Assembly (NCBI GenBank): GCA_033763315.1
Contig: JANRKS010000001.1
Location: 64,001-128,000 of the forward strand
DNA from: Deltaproteobacteria bacterium
GTDB taxonomy: Bacteria; Myxococcota_A; Polyangia; Fen-1088
Direction of reading: 5' to 3'
Length of the DNA stretch: 64,000 bases
The position numbers and the translations under genes are program-made. Below are positions 1 through 10,248 of this stretch, piece after piece (position 1 is the stretch's first letter; the number at the start of each line of letters is the position of its first letter). Below the pieces are notes generated by a model. That model searched no databases, was not told the DNA's origin, and worked only from the letters and a program-made list of their open reading frames with translations.

Positions 1-600
1 CGACTGGCAGATCTGTTTGGCAGCGATGCTTTGGCATACAGGCCGCAAGGGGATGTGCGCTTGGTGTGGGAAGCCATTTATCCGCTTGCGTACCCTGACC
101 TTGTTAAAAAATATGGACCGCCCGCTGGCAACCCTGAACATTATTTGCATGCGATCATGCATAAGGAATCTGGTTTCGATCCGCGCGTGATCTCATACGC
201 GGACGCACGCGGCCTGTTGCAAATGATTCCGCCCACGAGCCGCAAAGTGGCGCAGCTGATGAACCAACCTTACAGCGACGAGGATTTGCTTTTGCCTGAG
301 CCGAACGTGCGCTTGGGCGCCACATACATCGGCTCGCTGTTCAAAAAATTTCGCCAGCAGATGCCGCTGTCTGCGGGCTCATACAATGCGGGTCCCGGGG
401 CGATGATGCGGTGGCTTGATCGTTTTGGAACGCGGCCCACCGACGAGTTTGTGGAGCTGATTCCTTACGAACAAACGCGCGAATACAGCAAGCGGGTGTG
501 CAGCATCTACGCACGTTACCGATATCTTTACGCCGGCGAACGCTATGTGCCGCCTTTGCAGCTTGATCCTAACTACAGCCGCGAAGAGCCCAACTACTGA
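1..600 (+). CDS. Lytic transglycosylase (SLT domain), 5'-partial
   Basis: Frame is open from base 1. SLT motifs IMHKESGF, ARGLLQM and SYNAGPG, plus the ETR-Y-like segment IPYEQTREY. Confidence 0.9.
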   Translation, partial: RLADLFGSDALAYRPQGDVRLVWEAIYPLAYPDLVKKYGPPAGNPEHYLHAIMHKESGFDPRVISYADARGLLQMIPPTSRKVAQLMNQPYSDEDLLLPEPNVRLGATYIGSLFKKFRQQMPLSAGSYNAGPGAMMRWLDRFGTRPTDEFVELIPYEQTREYSKRVCSIYARYRYLYAGERYVPPLQLDPNYSREEPNY

Positions 601-654
601 CGACGAGAAGCTCAAACCTGACGGCGCAGCCATGGCCGCGGTATAGTCATCGGT

Positions 655-873
655 ATGGCGCGTTTTTCCGGGACGATTCGACGTAGTGATCTTGAGGGTG
701 GTCTGCTTCAGCTTGAGGCCGACGGTGGCACGATCTATGAGCTCGAAGGTGACGTCGATGACAAATGGGTCGGGAAAGCCGTTGTTGTGGAGGGCAGCGT
801 CGATAAGAACGTGATGTCGTTCACCATGACGGGGCCGCGGCTTGTGGTCAAATCCATCGCTGCCGGCAAGTAG
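655..873 (+). CDS. Small hypothetical protein (DUF5818-like)
   Basis: 72 aa with pattern G-x-I-x-R-x-DLEGG...YELEG...V-V-EG. TATAGT -10-like box 7 nt before the ATG. Confidence 0.65.
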   Translation: MARFSGTIRRSDLEGGLLQLEADGGTIYELEGDVDDKWVGKAVVVEGSVDKNVMSFTMTGPRLVVKSIAAGK

Positions 874-876
874 CGG

Positions 877-2706
877 CTATTGCAAGACGCGTTTGGCGAC
901 GTGCACACGGGGCGATGCCGCCAGTTCGGGGCGGGCGTCTAGAATCACAGCGTCGCCCACATCGAGGCCTTGCGCGATCAACGCTTCGCGCTCTGTGCGA
1001 TCTGCGATGGCAACCGCGCGCACTTCCACGCGTCCGCTCGGGGCTGCCACAAACAAGCGCTCGCTGTTTCCGACGTGCAAAACAGCGCTCGCCGGAACCG
1101 CAAAGACGCCGTCAAAACGCGCTTTCGCAAGTGACACCGCCTGGCCAGGGTTGCCTTGCACGCCCGCAGGCAACTCGACCACCACGGTGTCTTCCGCGTC
1201 GGTGCCCACGAACTCACAGTCTGCCGGCACGTCCGCCAGCGATACGCGGCAAAACGCCAAACGTTGTGCCTGTTCAGCGTCATCGTGCGGCAGCTTGAAT
1301 ACAGCGCGGGCTTGATGCGCCTTCAGCGTTAGCACGGCTTCGGCCGGCTTGACCTTGTCGCCCACCTTTTTCAAAACGGAATCAATCTCACCGTCCGTGG
1401 AAGCGACAATGGCCACCTGAGCAAAAGCAGCGAGTGCTTCATCAAGCAGCGAGCGCTTTTCCTTTAGCTTGATCTCGGCTTGCCTCATCTCAGGCTTGTT
1501 GCCCTCGGCGGTCATCGCCTCAAGCATCTGCTGATAGTACGCAATGCGCTCGCGCAAATGATCGATCTCGTTCGACTGGCGCTTGCCTTCGTCGGTTAAG
1601 GCCAAAACATCGCCTGCACGGTATTTGCTGCCCGCGTCCCGCACTTCCACAAGCTTGCCCCCGGCTGGCAGGGTCAACGTGGCTGGCGCGGGTGGTTGCA
1701 AAATGCCTGTTGTATCGAACCAACGATAAACCGCCGTCGGCGCGGGCAACATGGTATCCACGGACACGGGCGTGCCCGAGGGACGCAAAACGAACTTGAA
1801 TACGGCGAATCCGATGGCTGCCGCCAGCGCGACGGCCACCAATGCCCAAAGCCACCACCTGCGCGCCGCCCTTTGCGGCGTCGAGGGAGGCAAGGTGATG
1901 CCCACGCCTGCTGCCAAGGCCGCGCCTTCTTCTTCAATCTGCGTGGGTGGTCGAGGCACCTGCGCGGCCGCAGCTTTCAAGTCTTGCGTTGTTTGTTCCG
2001 TGCGCTCGCCGGGGGCCATCGACGACGAATCTTCGGGCCAGGTTGCGGGCGGCAGCGGGGCGCCTGATTCGCGCGGGTTGAGGGGCTCGTCCACGAGGGG
2101 CGCATCGGCGTCACCTTGATACATTGGCGTTTCGCCGGTGCGGGCGCGCGACACCGCAAGCAAGTCGCTCATGCTGTTCATGAGGGCCGTTGGTTCAGCC
2201 TCGTGCCAACCCTGCGCTTTGGCGGGCATCGCGGGTCGTGGCTCTGGTTGAGACAATGAGGCCGCTGCGTGTTTCAAAGCCGCAAGGCCATGCCCGGCCG
2301 TGGGCTCATCATCCATCAGGCCGTTGTCGTCATCTTCGTCGTGCCTCTGCACCGCCACGGCGTCTGTCAAAGGCTCTTGCGCGCCATCCACCTCGTCTGG
2401 CGGTGCAGCGTCGTCCCGCGGGCCATTCGTCTCATCTAACAAGCCGAGCTCGTTGAGTTGGTTGATGAACGCCGCGAGTTGCTCTTCCGAAAGCGCCAAG
2501 CCGTGCCGTTGCAGCACCGCTTCTTGAACTTCGCTTAAACCACGGCCATCAAGTTCAGTGGCCACCTTGAACTCGAAGTCATAAAGCCGAAACGCTTCGC
2601 CATCCGGCTTGCGGACTTCAAAGAAAACGTACCCGTCCGCCTCCACCTGCTCCGCCGGGAGGCTGCGGCGAAAACGCACCGAGCTGGCTACCATGGGTTG
2701 CATCAT
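877..2706 (-). CDS. Periplasmic adaptor (HlyD/MFP-like) with N-terminal PqqD/RRE-like domain and acidic/Pro linker
   Basis: Single TM (WWLWALVAVALAAAIGF), coiled-coil hairpin, lipoyl-like DGEIDSVLKKVGDKV and C-terminal AVPASAV...GLDVGDAVI. N-terminal segment ends FINQLNELGLL. Confidence 0.65.
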   Translation of the reverse strand: MMQPMVASSVRFRRSLPAEQVEADGYVFFEVRKPDGEAFRLYDFEFKVATELDGRGLSEVQEAVLQRHGLALSEEQLAAFINQLNELGLLDETNGPRDDAAPPDEVDGAQEPLTDAVAVQRHDEDDDNGLMDDEPTAGHGLAALKHAAASLSQPEPRPAMPAKAQGWHEAEPTALMNSMSDLLAVSRARTGETPMYQGDADAPLVDEPLNPRESGAPLPPATWPEDSSSMAPGERTEQTTQDLKAAAAQVPRPPTQIEEEGAALAAGVGITLPPSTPQRAARRWWLWALVAVALAAAIGFAVFKFVLRPSGTPVSVDTMLPAPTAVYRWFDTTGILQPPAPATLTLPAGGKLVEVRDAGSKYRAGDVLALTDEGKRQSNEIDHLRERIAYYQQMLEAMTAEGNKPEMRQAEIKLKEKRSLLDEALAAFAQVAIVASTDGEIDSVLKKVGDKVKPAEAVLTLKAHQARAVFKLPHDDAEQAQRLAFCRVSLADVPADCEFVGTDAEDTVVVELPAGVQGNPGQAVSLAKARFDGVFAVPASAVLHVGNSERLFVAAPSGRVEVRAVAIADRTEREALIAQGLDVGDAVILDARPELAASPRVHVAKRVLQ

Positions 2707-2756
2707 GCCGCTTTGCGCTCTCGGTTGCCAATTTATGAAGATAACGCGAGGAGGCT

Positions 2757-4295
2757 TTAGCCTTCGTACCTCTGGGTGGCGCGCGCCAAGTCGGCTAGGC
2801 GGGTGGTGGCTTCCATGTCGGTGGCCAACTCGGCAAGCGTCATCGGCATCCGGTAGGTCCAGTTGTCTGGCGAAACGCTGCCAGGCAGGTTCACACGCCC
2901 AGCGATGCCGAGCGCGTCTTGAAACGGCACCAGCGTCAGCCGCGACGGGGCCGCGTACACCAATCTTAAGAGCGCGTCCCGAACCTCGGGCGTGAACTGG
3001 CGCTCATGCGCGAAGGGCTCTAAGCCGCGCAGCTTGCAAATGGCGTGGCGTTCGTGATCGGGCATGTCACGCCACCACTCCGCCTGCGTCTCCGTGTCGT
3101 GCGTGCCCGTCGTGGCCACCGAGATTTCGGGCCACGTGGCGGGATCGCGGTACTCGTAGCCTTCGCGCTCCCAACGCAGCACCCGAAACCCGGGCACCGC
3201 CATCTCCCTTAAGGTGGCGCGCACGAAAGGCGGGATGACGCCGAGATCTTCTGCAAGCACGTCGCCCGCTGCGCTCAGGGCGGAAAGTGCGCCGCGCCCC
3301 TGTTCCAACTGGGACGGTTCGTCTGGCGGCAAGAACCCCGGGGCCGATCCGTCGCTGGTTGTAAAGTACGACCTGAACAGACCCACCACGTGGTCAATGC
3401 GCCACAAGCTGCACAACTGATTGGAGCGCAGGGCGCGGACCCGCAGCCAATTGTAGTTTTGGTTCCGCAAGGCACCCCAGTCGTAAACAGGCAGGCCCCA
3501 ATCTTGTCCCTCGGCCGAGAACTCATCAGGGGGCGCCCCCAAACGCAGGTCCAGACGAAAAATTTCCTGGTGCGCCCACACGTCACAAGCGTCGCGCGAC
3601 ACCACGAACGGCAGGTCGCCGCCAAACTCAACTCCGACCTTCAACGCCTCCGCGCGGGCGGCCGCCCACTGTAAGCTCAGGTTCCACTCGATGTACTGGC
3701 GGTATTCCACTTGTTCGGCCAGTCTAGTCCTGGCTTCGGCCATCGCCTCGGGCGTGCGGCGTTTGAGCCCGTCCGGCCAGTGCATCCACCCGGGTGACAG
3801 CTCGCTGGCCAGCGCGTGGTAAAGCGCATAGTCATCCAGCCAACTGGCCTCGTGTGCCTTAAAGGCCTCAAACAGCTTCGCCCGGGAGGTGTTGACTTCG
3901 GCCATCTTGAAGCGCTTGAAGGAAGCCTTGAGCGCCGCGCTCTTCAACCCGCGCACCGCGTTCCATTGCACGGCAGGCGCCGCCCGGCACGCGGCCAAGG
4001 TGTCCCGCTGCTCCGGGGTCAAAACACTTTGCTCCCCGCCCAGTGCCACGAAGTCTTCGCAATCGGCCAGCCGCACAAACACAGGATCGAGAGCGAACGC
4101 GGTCACGGCACCGTAAGGGCTCGTCTCTCCGGGCCAAACCTCGTGGAAAGGCAGCAGCATCACGGCGCCAAAGCCGGCCCGCGACGCCCAGCGTGCGAAC
4201 TCCACCAAATCAGGCACTTCACCCACGCCCCAGTTCTCGTGCGACTTCAACGAGAACAGAGGCATAACCAAACCCGCCTTCTTGACCAAAGCCAT
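2757..4295 (-). CDS. malQ: 4-alpha-glucanotransferase (GH77)
   Basis: GH77 motifs SPY, GDLPF, GAPPD, GQDWGLPVY, RIDHVVG, AEDLG, TGTHD and NLPG..NW.YR. Confidence 0.95.
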   Translation of the reverse strand: MALVKKAGLVMPLFSLKSHENWGVGEVPDLVEFARWASRAGFGAVMLLPFHEVWPGETSPYGAVTAFALDPVFVRLADCEDFVALGGEQSVLTPEQRDTLAACRAAPAVQWNAVRGLKSAALKASFKRFKMAEVNTSRAKLFEAFKAHEASWLDDYALYHALASELSPGWMHWPDGLKRRTPEAMAEARTRLAEQVEYRQYIEWNLSLQWAAARAEALKVGVEFGGDLPFVVSRDACDVWAHQEIFRLDLRLGAPPDEFSAEGQDWGLPVYDWGALRNQNYNWLRVRALRSNQLCSLWRIDHVVGLFRSYFTTSDGSAPGFLPPDEPSQLEQGRGALSALSAAGDVLAEDLGVIPPFVRATLREMAVPGFRVLRWEREGYEYRDPATWPEISVATTGTHDTETQAEWWRDMPDHERHAICKLRGLEPFAHERQFTPEVRDALLRLVYAAPSRLTLVPFQDALGIAGRVNLPGSVSPDNWTYRMPMTLAELATDMEATTRLADLARATQRYEG

Positions 4296-4587
4296 GCGCC
4301 CGAGACTATGCCGCGCCTCAGCTTCTGCGGAAAGGGGGAGCTGGCAAGTTGTCCAAAGTGCTGTTGTGGCGAACGTATTTGCGAAGGTTTTGCCGTGGCC
4401 GCTGGTGTGGGTGTCTAGGATTTATTCCTTGTCAGACTTTGGGGGTCGTGGTAGCGAATGCCCCTGGCTTTTTCCAGAGGGGGACCCCGTGTCTCCAGCT
4501 GTGGATTGCCCCTATTTTTGGTCCCCCATTGCACTCCTTGCATCCCTTGCACCGACCCATTCCCACCGGACTTAGAGCGAGGCCCAG

Positions 4588-7368
4588 ATGAAGCGTTTCT
4601 TTGCGCGCGCCCTTCCCGCGATCGCCATACTTGCGTTCGCCACTGCCCTGTCTTCGGTTGCCCAAGCCCAGCTTACCGGCACCATCCAAGGCAGCGTTTT
4701 CGACGAAGGCGGCACTCCCATCAAGGGCGTCAAGCTCGTTGCCAAGTCCGCTACAAACATGGGTGACCGCACGGTTTATTCCAGCGCGGACGGCTCTTTT
4801 CGCATCATCGGTTTGATGCCGGGTGATTTCGAGGTCACGGCCACGGCGCCTGGTTTGCGCACGAAAGTGCAAAAGGGCATCCCCGTCGGCACCAGCGCGG
4901 TGGCCGAAATCTACGTCATCATGGAAGTGGCCCAAAAGGAAGAGGCCGAAACTTTCGTGATCGAAACCAAGGCGCCGGTGGTCAACACCTCCAACGCGCA
5001 GGTTACCGAGAAGTTCGATGGCGAGTTCCTTAACAACTTGCCGCTCGAAAGCCGTGGTTCCATCCAAGACGTCTTGGGCAACCAGGTGGCCGGCGCGGTG
5101 GGTACCGATGGTTCGGCCCGCGTGCGTGGCGCCACTTCAACGTCGAACGCATTCCAGCTGGAAGGCTTCGAGGTCAACGACGTGAACGGCGGTCGTGGTC
5201 AGTTGGTCACCTTCAAGAGCTTGGCCAACCTTGAAATGCAAACGGGCGGTTCAGGCGCGGAAAACTCAGGCGCCTCAGGCGCCGTCATGAACGCGGTTAC
5301 AAAATCGGGCTCCAACAAATTCGAGTATGAGGTCGATTCCTGGCACGAGAACTCGTACCTGCGCTTGTTCCTGGACGAGTACGACACGAACAATTTTGCG
5401 ATGTCGACCAACATCAACCTGAATCTCTCGGGTCCGATCGTGAAGGACCGCGTGTGGTTTTTCACCAACTGGGAAGTCCGTAACGCGGTTACCGATCGTG
5501 GCAAGGACCCTACGGGCCAGCAACCCGATCCACCCCGTGGCTCCGACAACAGCATTCGGTCGACCGGCAAGGTGACGTGGCAGATGACCCCCAGGAACAA
5601 GCTGCAATTGGTCTACGTGTTTAACCGCGACGGCACCAAGAACGGCCAAGGTGGCTTCCGAAATGATCGGGATTCACAATGGAAGCGGGATTCCCTCAAC
5701 TGGTTTGCAGGGCTTATTTGGGAATCGATGTTGTCCGACAATTTACTGTTTCGGTCTCAGTTGGGCGTGCAGCAGGATGATACGGATTTTGGCCCTGAAC
5801 TTTGCCGAACGTCACCCCAATCGTGCGACGCCGTAAATCCTCTTCGCCAAGTGTCGCCACCTTTCGAGTTCCAGAACTGGAACACACATTCACGGAACCT
5901 CTCGGGCACGGCCGAGTTCAAAAACACGGTCGAATACTTCATCGAGAAGCCGTCGATCGGTAACCACAACGTTAAGTTCACGGCCCGCTTTAAGGCTGCA
6001 CGTTCCGAGAACCAGGTCACGACGCCCGGTGACGCTATCTATGTTTTCAACGGTGACGTTCCCGACAGCAAGCGCGAGCTTTTCGTGAACGACCCCCTTG
6101 TCGAACCCGGTCGGTACGGCTGGGCGATCAGCAACGCCCAATCCACCTTGTTCCAGTTCTCATTGCAGGATCAGTTCAAGCTACCTAACTACCGATACCT
6201 GACTCTGACTCCCGGCGTGGGCCTGCTGGTGAGTGACGCTCAAGACGGTGCCGGCACTTCGATCATCAAGTTCACAACGGTCACGCCGAACATCTCGGCC
6301 GCTTGGGACGTGACGCATGATGGACGTACGTCGGTGCGCGCCAGCTTCAGCCAGAAAGTCGACCCCGGCAACCTGAGCATTGCCAACTATATCGGTCAGA
6401 GCCGCACTTTGCGCGTGTGCAAATGGGATGCAAACTTGCAGGACTTTTCCAAAGACTGCTTCTTTGAAGGCGGCTTGGGCGGCAAAACCGTGGGTTTGCC
6501 CTGTGGTTCACAAGGCGTCGATGCCAACGGCAACAGCTGCAAGACGAACCTGAAGGTTCCTCGCACGTGGGAGTACACGTTTGGTGTGGAGCGCGAAGTG
6601 GCGCAGGGCGTGGGCGTGGGCGCGGACTTCATCTACCGCGATTTCCGGAACCCCTATGAAGATCGCGAGACGAACCGCATCTGGAATACGGCGGGTACCG
6701 ACCTGAATCCGGGTGGCCGTTTCCGCAATGGCAGCAACCGGGCGGTTTTCGATCTGGAAACGCCATCCGAAGCGAAGCGTCGTTATATCGGTGTGACCAG
6801 CAACATCCGCAAACGCGAAGGCGCACTGAAGCTGCAATTTAGCTACACGTGGAGCCACCTGCAGGGCAACGTCGTCGATGGTTTCCAGAATCCCTTCCTG
6901 AATAACCCGGCGCAGGACGTGTTCCAGTATGGCGACCTGCCAGGCGACGCACGCCACTCCATTCGTTCGCAGGCCACCTACCAATGGACCTCATGGCTCT
7001 CCACAGGCATCACCTACAACTACACCTCAGGCGGCCCAATCAACCTACAGCTGTTCAACACAATTAACGGAAGCTTTTCCGACTTCCGTGCGCGCCGCGG
7101 GTTCCATCCCGGTGTTGACTTGAACGACCCGCGCGACGACTACGCGTTTCGGCTTCCCGACCTTCAGACGTTCAATTTTCAGGTCCGCGCGAACCTAAAG
7201 CCCATCACGAGATTCAATGCGCAGATCTACTGCGACTTCTTGAACTTGTTGGCGCTTCGTACGGTGACCGGCTATCAAACGGAAGTCGCTGACGTCAGAG
7301 CTCCATTGAACCCGACCACACGACAGGCCCCGATGCGCTTGCGTATCGGTGTCGACTTTAAGTACTAA
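4588..7368 (+). CDS. TonB-dependent receptor, Oar-like, with N-terminal carboxypeptidase-regulatory-like domain
   Basis: Signal peptide, GTIQGSVFDEGG..IKG domain, plug motif SGAVMNAVTKSGSN, SGPIVKDRVWFF and barrel-type C-terminus GVDFKY. Confidence 0.88.
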   Translation: MKRFFARALPAIAILAFATALSSVAQAQLTGTIQGSVFDEGGTPIKGVKLVAKSATNMGDRTVYSSADGSFRIIGLMPGDFEVTATAPGLRTKVQKGIPVGTSAVAEIYVIMEVAQKEEAETFVIETKAPVVNTSNAQVTEKFDGEFLNNLPLESRGSIQDVLGNQVAGAVGTDGSARVRGATSTSNAFQLEGFEVNDVNGGRGQLVTFKSLANLEMQTGGSGAENSGASGAVMNAVTKSGSNKFEYEVDSWHENSYLRLFLDEYDTNNFAMSTNINLNLSGPIVKDRVWFFTNWEVRNAVTDRGKDPTGQQPDPPRGSDNSIRSTGKVTWQMTPRNKLQLVYVFNRDGTKNGQGGFRNDRDSQWKRDSLNWFAGLIWESMLSDNLLFRSQLGVQQDDTDFGPELCRTSPQSCDAVNPLRQVSPPFEFQNWNTHSRNLSGTAEFKNTVEYFIEKPSIGNHNVKFTARFKAARSENQVTTPGDAIYVFNGDVPDSKRELFVNDPLVEPGRYGWAISNAQSTLFQFSLQDQFKLPNYRYLTLTPGVGLLVSDAQDGAGTSIIKFTTVTPNISAAWDVTHDGRTSVRASFSQKVDPGNLSIANYIGQSRTLRVCKWDANLQDFSKDCFFEGGLGGKTVGLPCGSQGVDANGNSCKTNLKVPRTWEYTFGVEREVAQGVGVGADFIYRDFRNPYEDRETNRIWNTAGTDLNPGGRFRNGSNRAVFDLETPSEAKRRYIGVTSNIRKREGALKLQFSYTWSHLQGNVVDGFQNPFLNNPAQDVFQYGDLPGDARHSIRSQATYQWTSWLSTGITYNYTSGGPINLQLFNTINGSFSDFRARRGFHPGVDLNDPRDDYAFRLPDLQTFNFQVRANLKPITRFNAQIYCDFLNLLALRTVTGYQTEVADVRAPLNPTTRQAPMRLRIGVDFKY

Positions 7369-7391
7369 CCGGCGCCGCAAATCGCCACCCC

Positions 7392-7427
7392 ACGCCCCTT
7401 CGGCCTTGCCGCGGGGGCGTTTGCGTT
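7392..7427 (+). terminator. Probable intrinsic terminator after the TBDR
   Basis: Hairpin ACGCCCC-TT-CGGC-CTT-GCCG-CG-GGGGCGT followed by TTGCGTT, about 24 nt after the stop. The U-tract is weak. Confidence 0.55.
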
Positions 7428-7481
7428 ATGTGGGGTTTTAGGAAAATGCCGCACCCGGCGATACTATGAGCGCACTAACTC

Positions 7482-8462
7482 ATGTCTACATCAACGGGAC
7501 TGGCGGTCGAAGGTCGTCGCATCTTCATTACGGGTGGCGCTGGCTTCATCGGATCCCATCTGGTGGAGCGCCTGGCGGCAAAAAACGAGATCGTCATTTT
7601 AGACACCCTTCGGCGCAATGCCTTGGCGGCGGCGGGGCTTGACGGGCACCCGCATGTGACCCTCATCAAGGGCGACGTTATGGATGGAGCCACCGTGCGC
7701 AGGGCCATGGTGGGGTGTGACGTGGTGGTTCATCTCGCTTCCATTGCCGGCGTGGACACGGTCATCAGCAACCCCGTGATGACCATGCGCGTGTCGATGG
7801 AGGGCACCATGAATGTGCTCGAAGCGGCGCTGGAGACCGGGCGTTGTAAACGTCTGATCGATTTTTCCACAAGCGAGGTTTTTGGCCGCTACGCCTTCAA
7901 CGTCACCGAGTGGGACGCCACCACCTTGGGCGCCGTTGGTGAGGCCCGTTGGACGTACGCCGTGGCAAAGTTGGCCACGGAACACTTGGCGATGAACTAT
8001 TGGAAGCAGTACCAACTTCCCACGTGTTCAATTCGCCCCTTCAACATCTACGGGCCACGCCAAGTGGGCGAAGGCGCGGTTCACCATTTCATCTTGAGGG
8101 CGCTCAAGGGTGAGCCTCTGGCGATTCACAACGATGGCTCGCAGATCAGGGCCTGGTGTTATGTGGATGACATCGTGGATGGGATTCTTTGCGCCATCTC
8201 ACACGACGAGGCCGTGGGGCACGCGTTCAACATAGGCAACCCGCGCTCTACACTCACGATTCATAGTTTGGCGAAGGAGATCATCCGGTTGGCCTCGTCT
8301 TCAAGCCGCATCGAGTTCGTGCCCTGGAATCATCCAGACGTTGAGCTGCGCATCCCCAACATCTCCAAGGCCCGCGAGCTGTTGCATTACGAGCCGCAAA
8401 TCGATCTGGAAGAAGGTTTGCTGCGCACGGTTTATTGGTATCGTCGTAACCACGGAGGTTAA
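7482..8462 (+). CDS. NAD-dependent epimerase/dehydratase (extended SDR)
   Basis: TGGAGFIG, STSEVFG, YAVAK (YxxxK), RPFNIYGPRQ, DGSQIR. Confidence 0.93.
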   Translation: MSTSTGLAVEGRRIFITGGAGFIGSHLVERLAAKNEIVILDTLRRNALAAAGLDGHPHVTLIKGDVMDGATVRRAMVGCDVVVHLASIAGVDTVISNPVMTMRVSMEGTMNVLEAALETGRCKRLIDFSTSEVFGRYAFNVTEWDATTLGAVGEARWTYAVAKLATEHLAMNYWKQYQLPTCSIRPFNIYGPRQVGEGAVHHFILRALKGEPLAIHNDGSQIRAWCYVDDIVDGILCAISHDEAVGHAFNIGNPRSTLTIHSLAKEIIRLASSSSRIEFVPWNHPDVELRIPNISKARELLHYEPQIDLEEGLLRTVYWYRRNHGG

Positions 8463-8467
8463 GACAC

Positions 8468-9418
8468 ATGGCCGCGGAAAGTGTGCTGACCGCCGCCGGG
8501 CTTGCAAAAACGTTTCGGCTCGGCTTCTTTCGCAAGAAGGTGCAAGCGGTTAAAGACGTGAGCTTTCACGTTGAGCGAGGCGAAATCTTCGGCTTCTTGG
8601 GGCCCAACGGTGCGGGCAAAACCACCACACTGAAAATGCTGATGGGTTTGGTGTTTCCCGATCAAGGGCAAGCCAGTGTGTTGGGGCGCGACGTGGGCAA
8701 CGTCGAGGCCAAACGGCGCTTAGGTTATCTGCCTGAAACGCCCTATTTTTACGAGTACCTCACGCAGGAAGAGTTTTTAGATTTTGCAGGGCGGTTGTCG
8801 GGCCTCTCATACCCGGCCGCACGCAAACGCCGAGATGAATTGATCGAACGCGTTGGGCTCGGTCATGCGCGCAACCGTCCGCTGCGCAAGTTTTCCAAGG
8901 GCATGTTGCAACGGGTGGGGATTGCGCAGGCGTTGATGGGCGACCCTGAACTGGTGGTATTGGACGAACCAATGACGGGTCTCGATCCGCTGGGCCGCAA
9001 AGAAGTGCGCGATCTGATCGTGTCGCTTAAGCGTGAAGGCAAAACAGTTTTCTTCTCGACGCACATCCTGCCCGACGTGGAGATGATCTGTGATCGTGTG
9101 GCGCTGGTGGTGGCGGGCCGCACCGTGGCCGAAGGGCCTTTGTCGCAATTGCTCTCGGCGAAACTCGTGGGCACAGAGGTTCACCTGCGCCCGCCCACAC
9201 ATGGCGAACTACCGCCGCTGCCACCTGGCGTGGATCGTTTGGTGAGCGGGACTGACGTGCGTCTGGATCTGCCCGGCGACTTTGACGTGGATGCATTCTT
9301 GGTTTCGGCAGTGACCGCGGGCGCCCACGTGATCTCGGTGCAGCCGCGGCGTGAGTCCTTGGAAGAATATTTCGTCGCGCACGTGCATGCGGGCAAAAGC
9401 CCTCAGGCGGTGCCATGA
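8468..9418 (+). CDS. ABC transporter ATP-binding protein (PilH-like)
   Basis: Walker [10 protein letters not shown], signature FSKGMLQR, Walker B VVLDEP. The [11 protein letters not shown]-terminus resembles myxobacterial PilH. Confidence 0.9.
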   Translation: MAAESVLTAAGLAKTFRLGFFRKKVQAVKDVSFHVERGEIFGFLGPNGAGKTTTLKMLMGLVFPDQGQASVLGRDVGNVEAKRRLGYLPETPYFYEYLTQEEFLDFAGRLSGLSYPAARKRRDELIERVGLGHARNRPLRKFSKGMLQRVGIAQALMGDPELVVLDEPMTGLDPLGRKEVRDLIVSLKREGKTVFFSTHILPDVEMICDRVALVVAGRTVAEGPLSQLLSAKLVGTEVHLRPPTHGELPPLPPGVDRLVSGTDVRLDLPGDFDVDAFLVSAVTAGAHVISVQPRRESLEEYFVAHVHAGKSPQAVP

Positions 9419-10200
9419 CGCGCGTATTGGCGATCGCGCGAAATACGTTTCGCGAAGCTGTGCGCAACAAGATCCTCTATAGCTTGTTGCTGTTTGCGGT
9501 GGCGCTGATCTTGGCGTCGCTTGCTTTGGGTGAATTCACGCTCGGCGAAGGCCTGCGACTGACGCGCGACCTCGGCCTTTACGGCATTGACATGTTCAGC
9601 GTGCTCATCGCCATTTTCTTGGGCGTCAACATGCTTTACAAGGAGCTGCAGCTCAAAACGGTTTACACGATCTTGCCGAAGCCCATCGCGCGCTACCAGT
9701 TCGTGCTCGGCAAGTGGTTGGGTCTGGTGTTTACGCTGGCCCTGCAAGTGGCGGCCATGGGCGTTGTGTTGCAGGTGGCTTTGTTCACGCAAGGGGCGGG
9801 ATTTGAGCCCGCGGTCATGAAAGCCGAATGGCTATTGTTTGTGAACGTTGTGGTGGTGACATCGATTGCGCTTGCGTTTTCGGCCTTCTCCACGCCCTTC
9901 CTGTCAGGCGTGTTTTCGTTGGGCATCTTTGTTGTCGGCCGCGCCATTCCTGACTTTTTGGAGATGGGTCACAAGGCGGGAGGCTTTGCTGGCACGGCCG
10001 TGGACTGGGCCGGCAAAGTGCTGCCAAACCTGCACCTGTTTTTCCCCTCGGGCGCGGTGGTGGGTGCGGCGCACGTCTCGGTGCACGGCGAGCTCGTGAA
10101 CCTTGACTATGTTCTATCCACCACGCTTTATGGCCTTGGCTACTCCGCTTTGGTGGTGGCGTTGGCCGTGGCGATCTTCCGCAAACGCGACTTCGTTTAG
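9415..10200 (+). CDS. ABC-2 type permease (PilI-like)
   Basis: IARNTFREAVRNK, KE..KTVYTILPKPI.R.QFVLGK, C-terminal FRKRDF. ATGA overlap with the ATPase gene. Confidence 0.85.
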   Translation: MTRVLAIARNTFREAVRNKILYSLLLFAVALILASLALGEFTLGEGLRLTRDLGLYGIDMFSVLIAIFLGVNMLYKELQLKTVYTILPKPIARYQFVLGKWLGLVFTLALQVAAMGVVLQVALFTQGAGFEPAVMKAEWLLFVNVVVVTSIALAFSAFSTPFLSGVFSLGIFVVGRAIPDFLEMGHKAGGFAGTAVDWAGKVLPNLHLFFPSGAVVGAAHVSVHGELVNLDYVLSTTLYGLGYSALVVALAVAIFRKRDFV

Positions 10201-10248
10201 CGCGTCCATAAACTTCCGAATCTGCGGTTCGCGAGGCAGAATGGGCGC

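Noticed and set aside
4296-4587. Cobalamin riboswitch or sigma54 promoter upstream of the TBDR
   Set aside because: No B12-box was found, and the TGG...TTGCA candidate has GG-N9-GC rather than the required N10 spacing.
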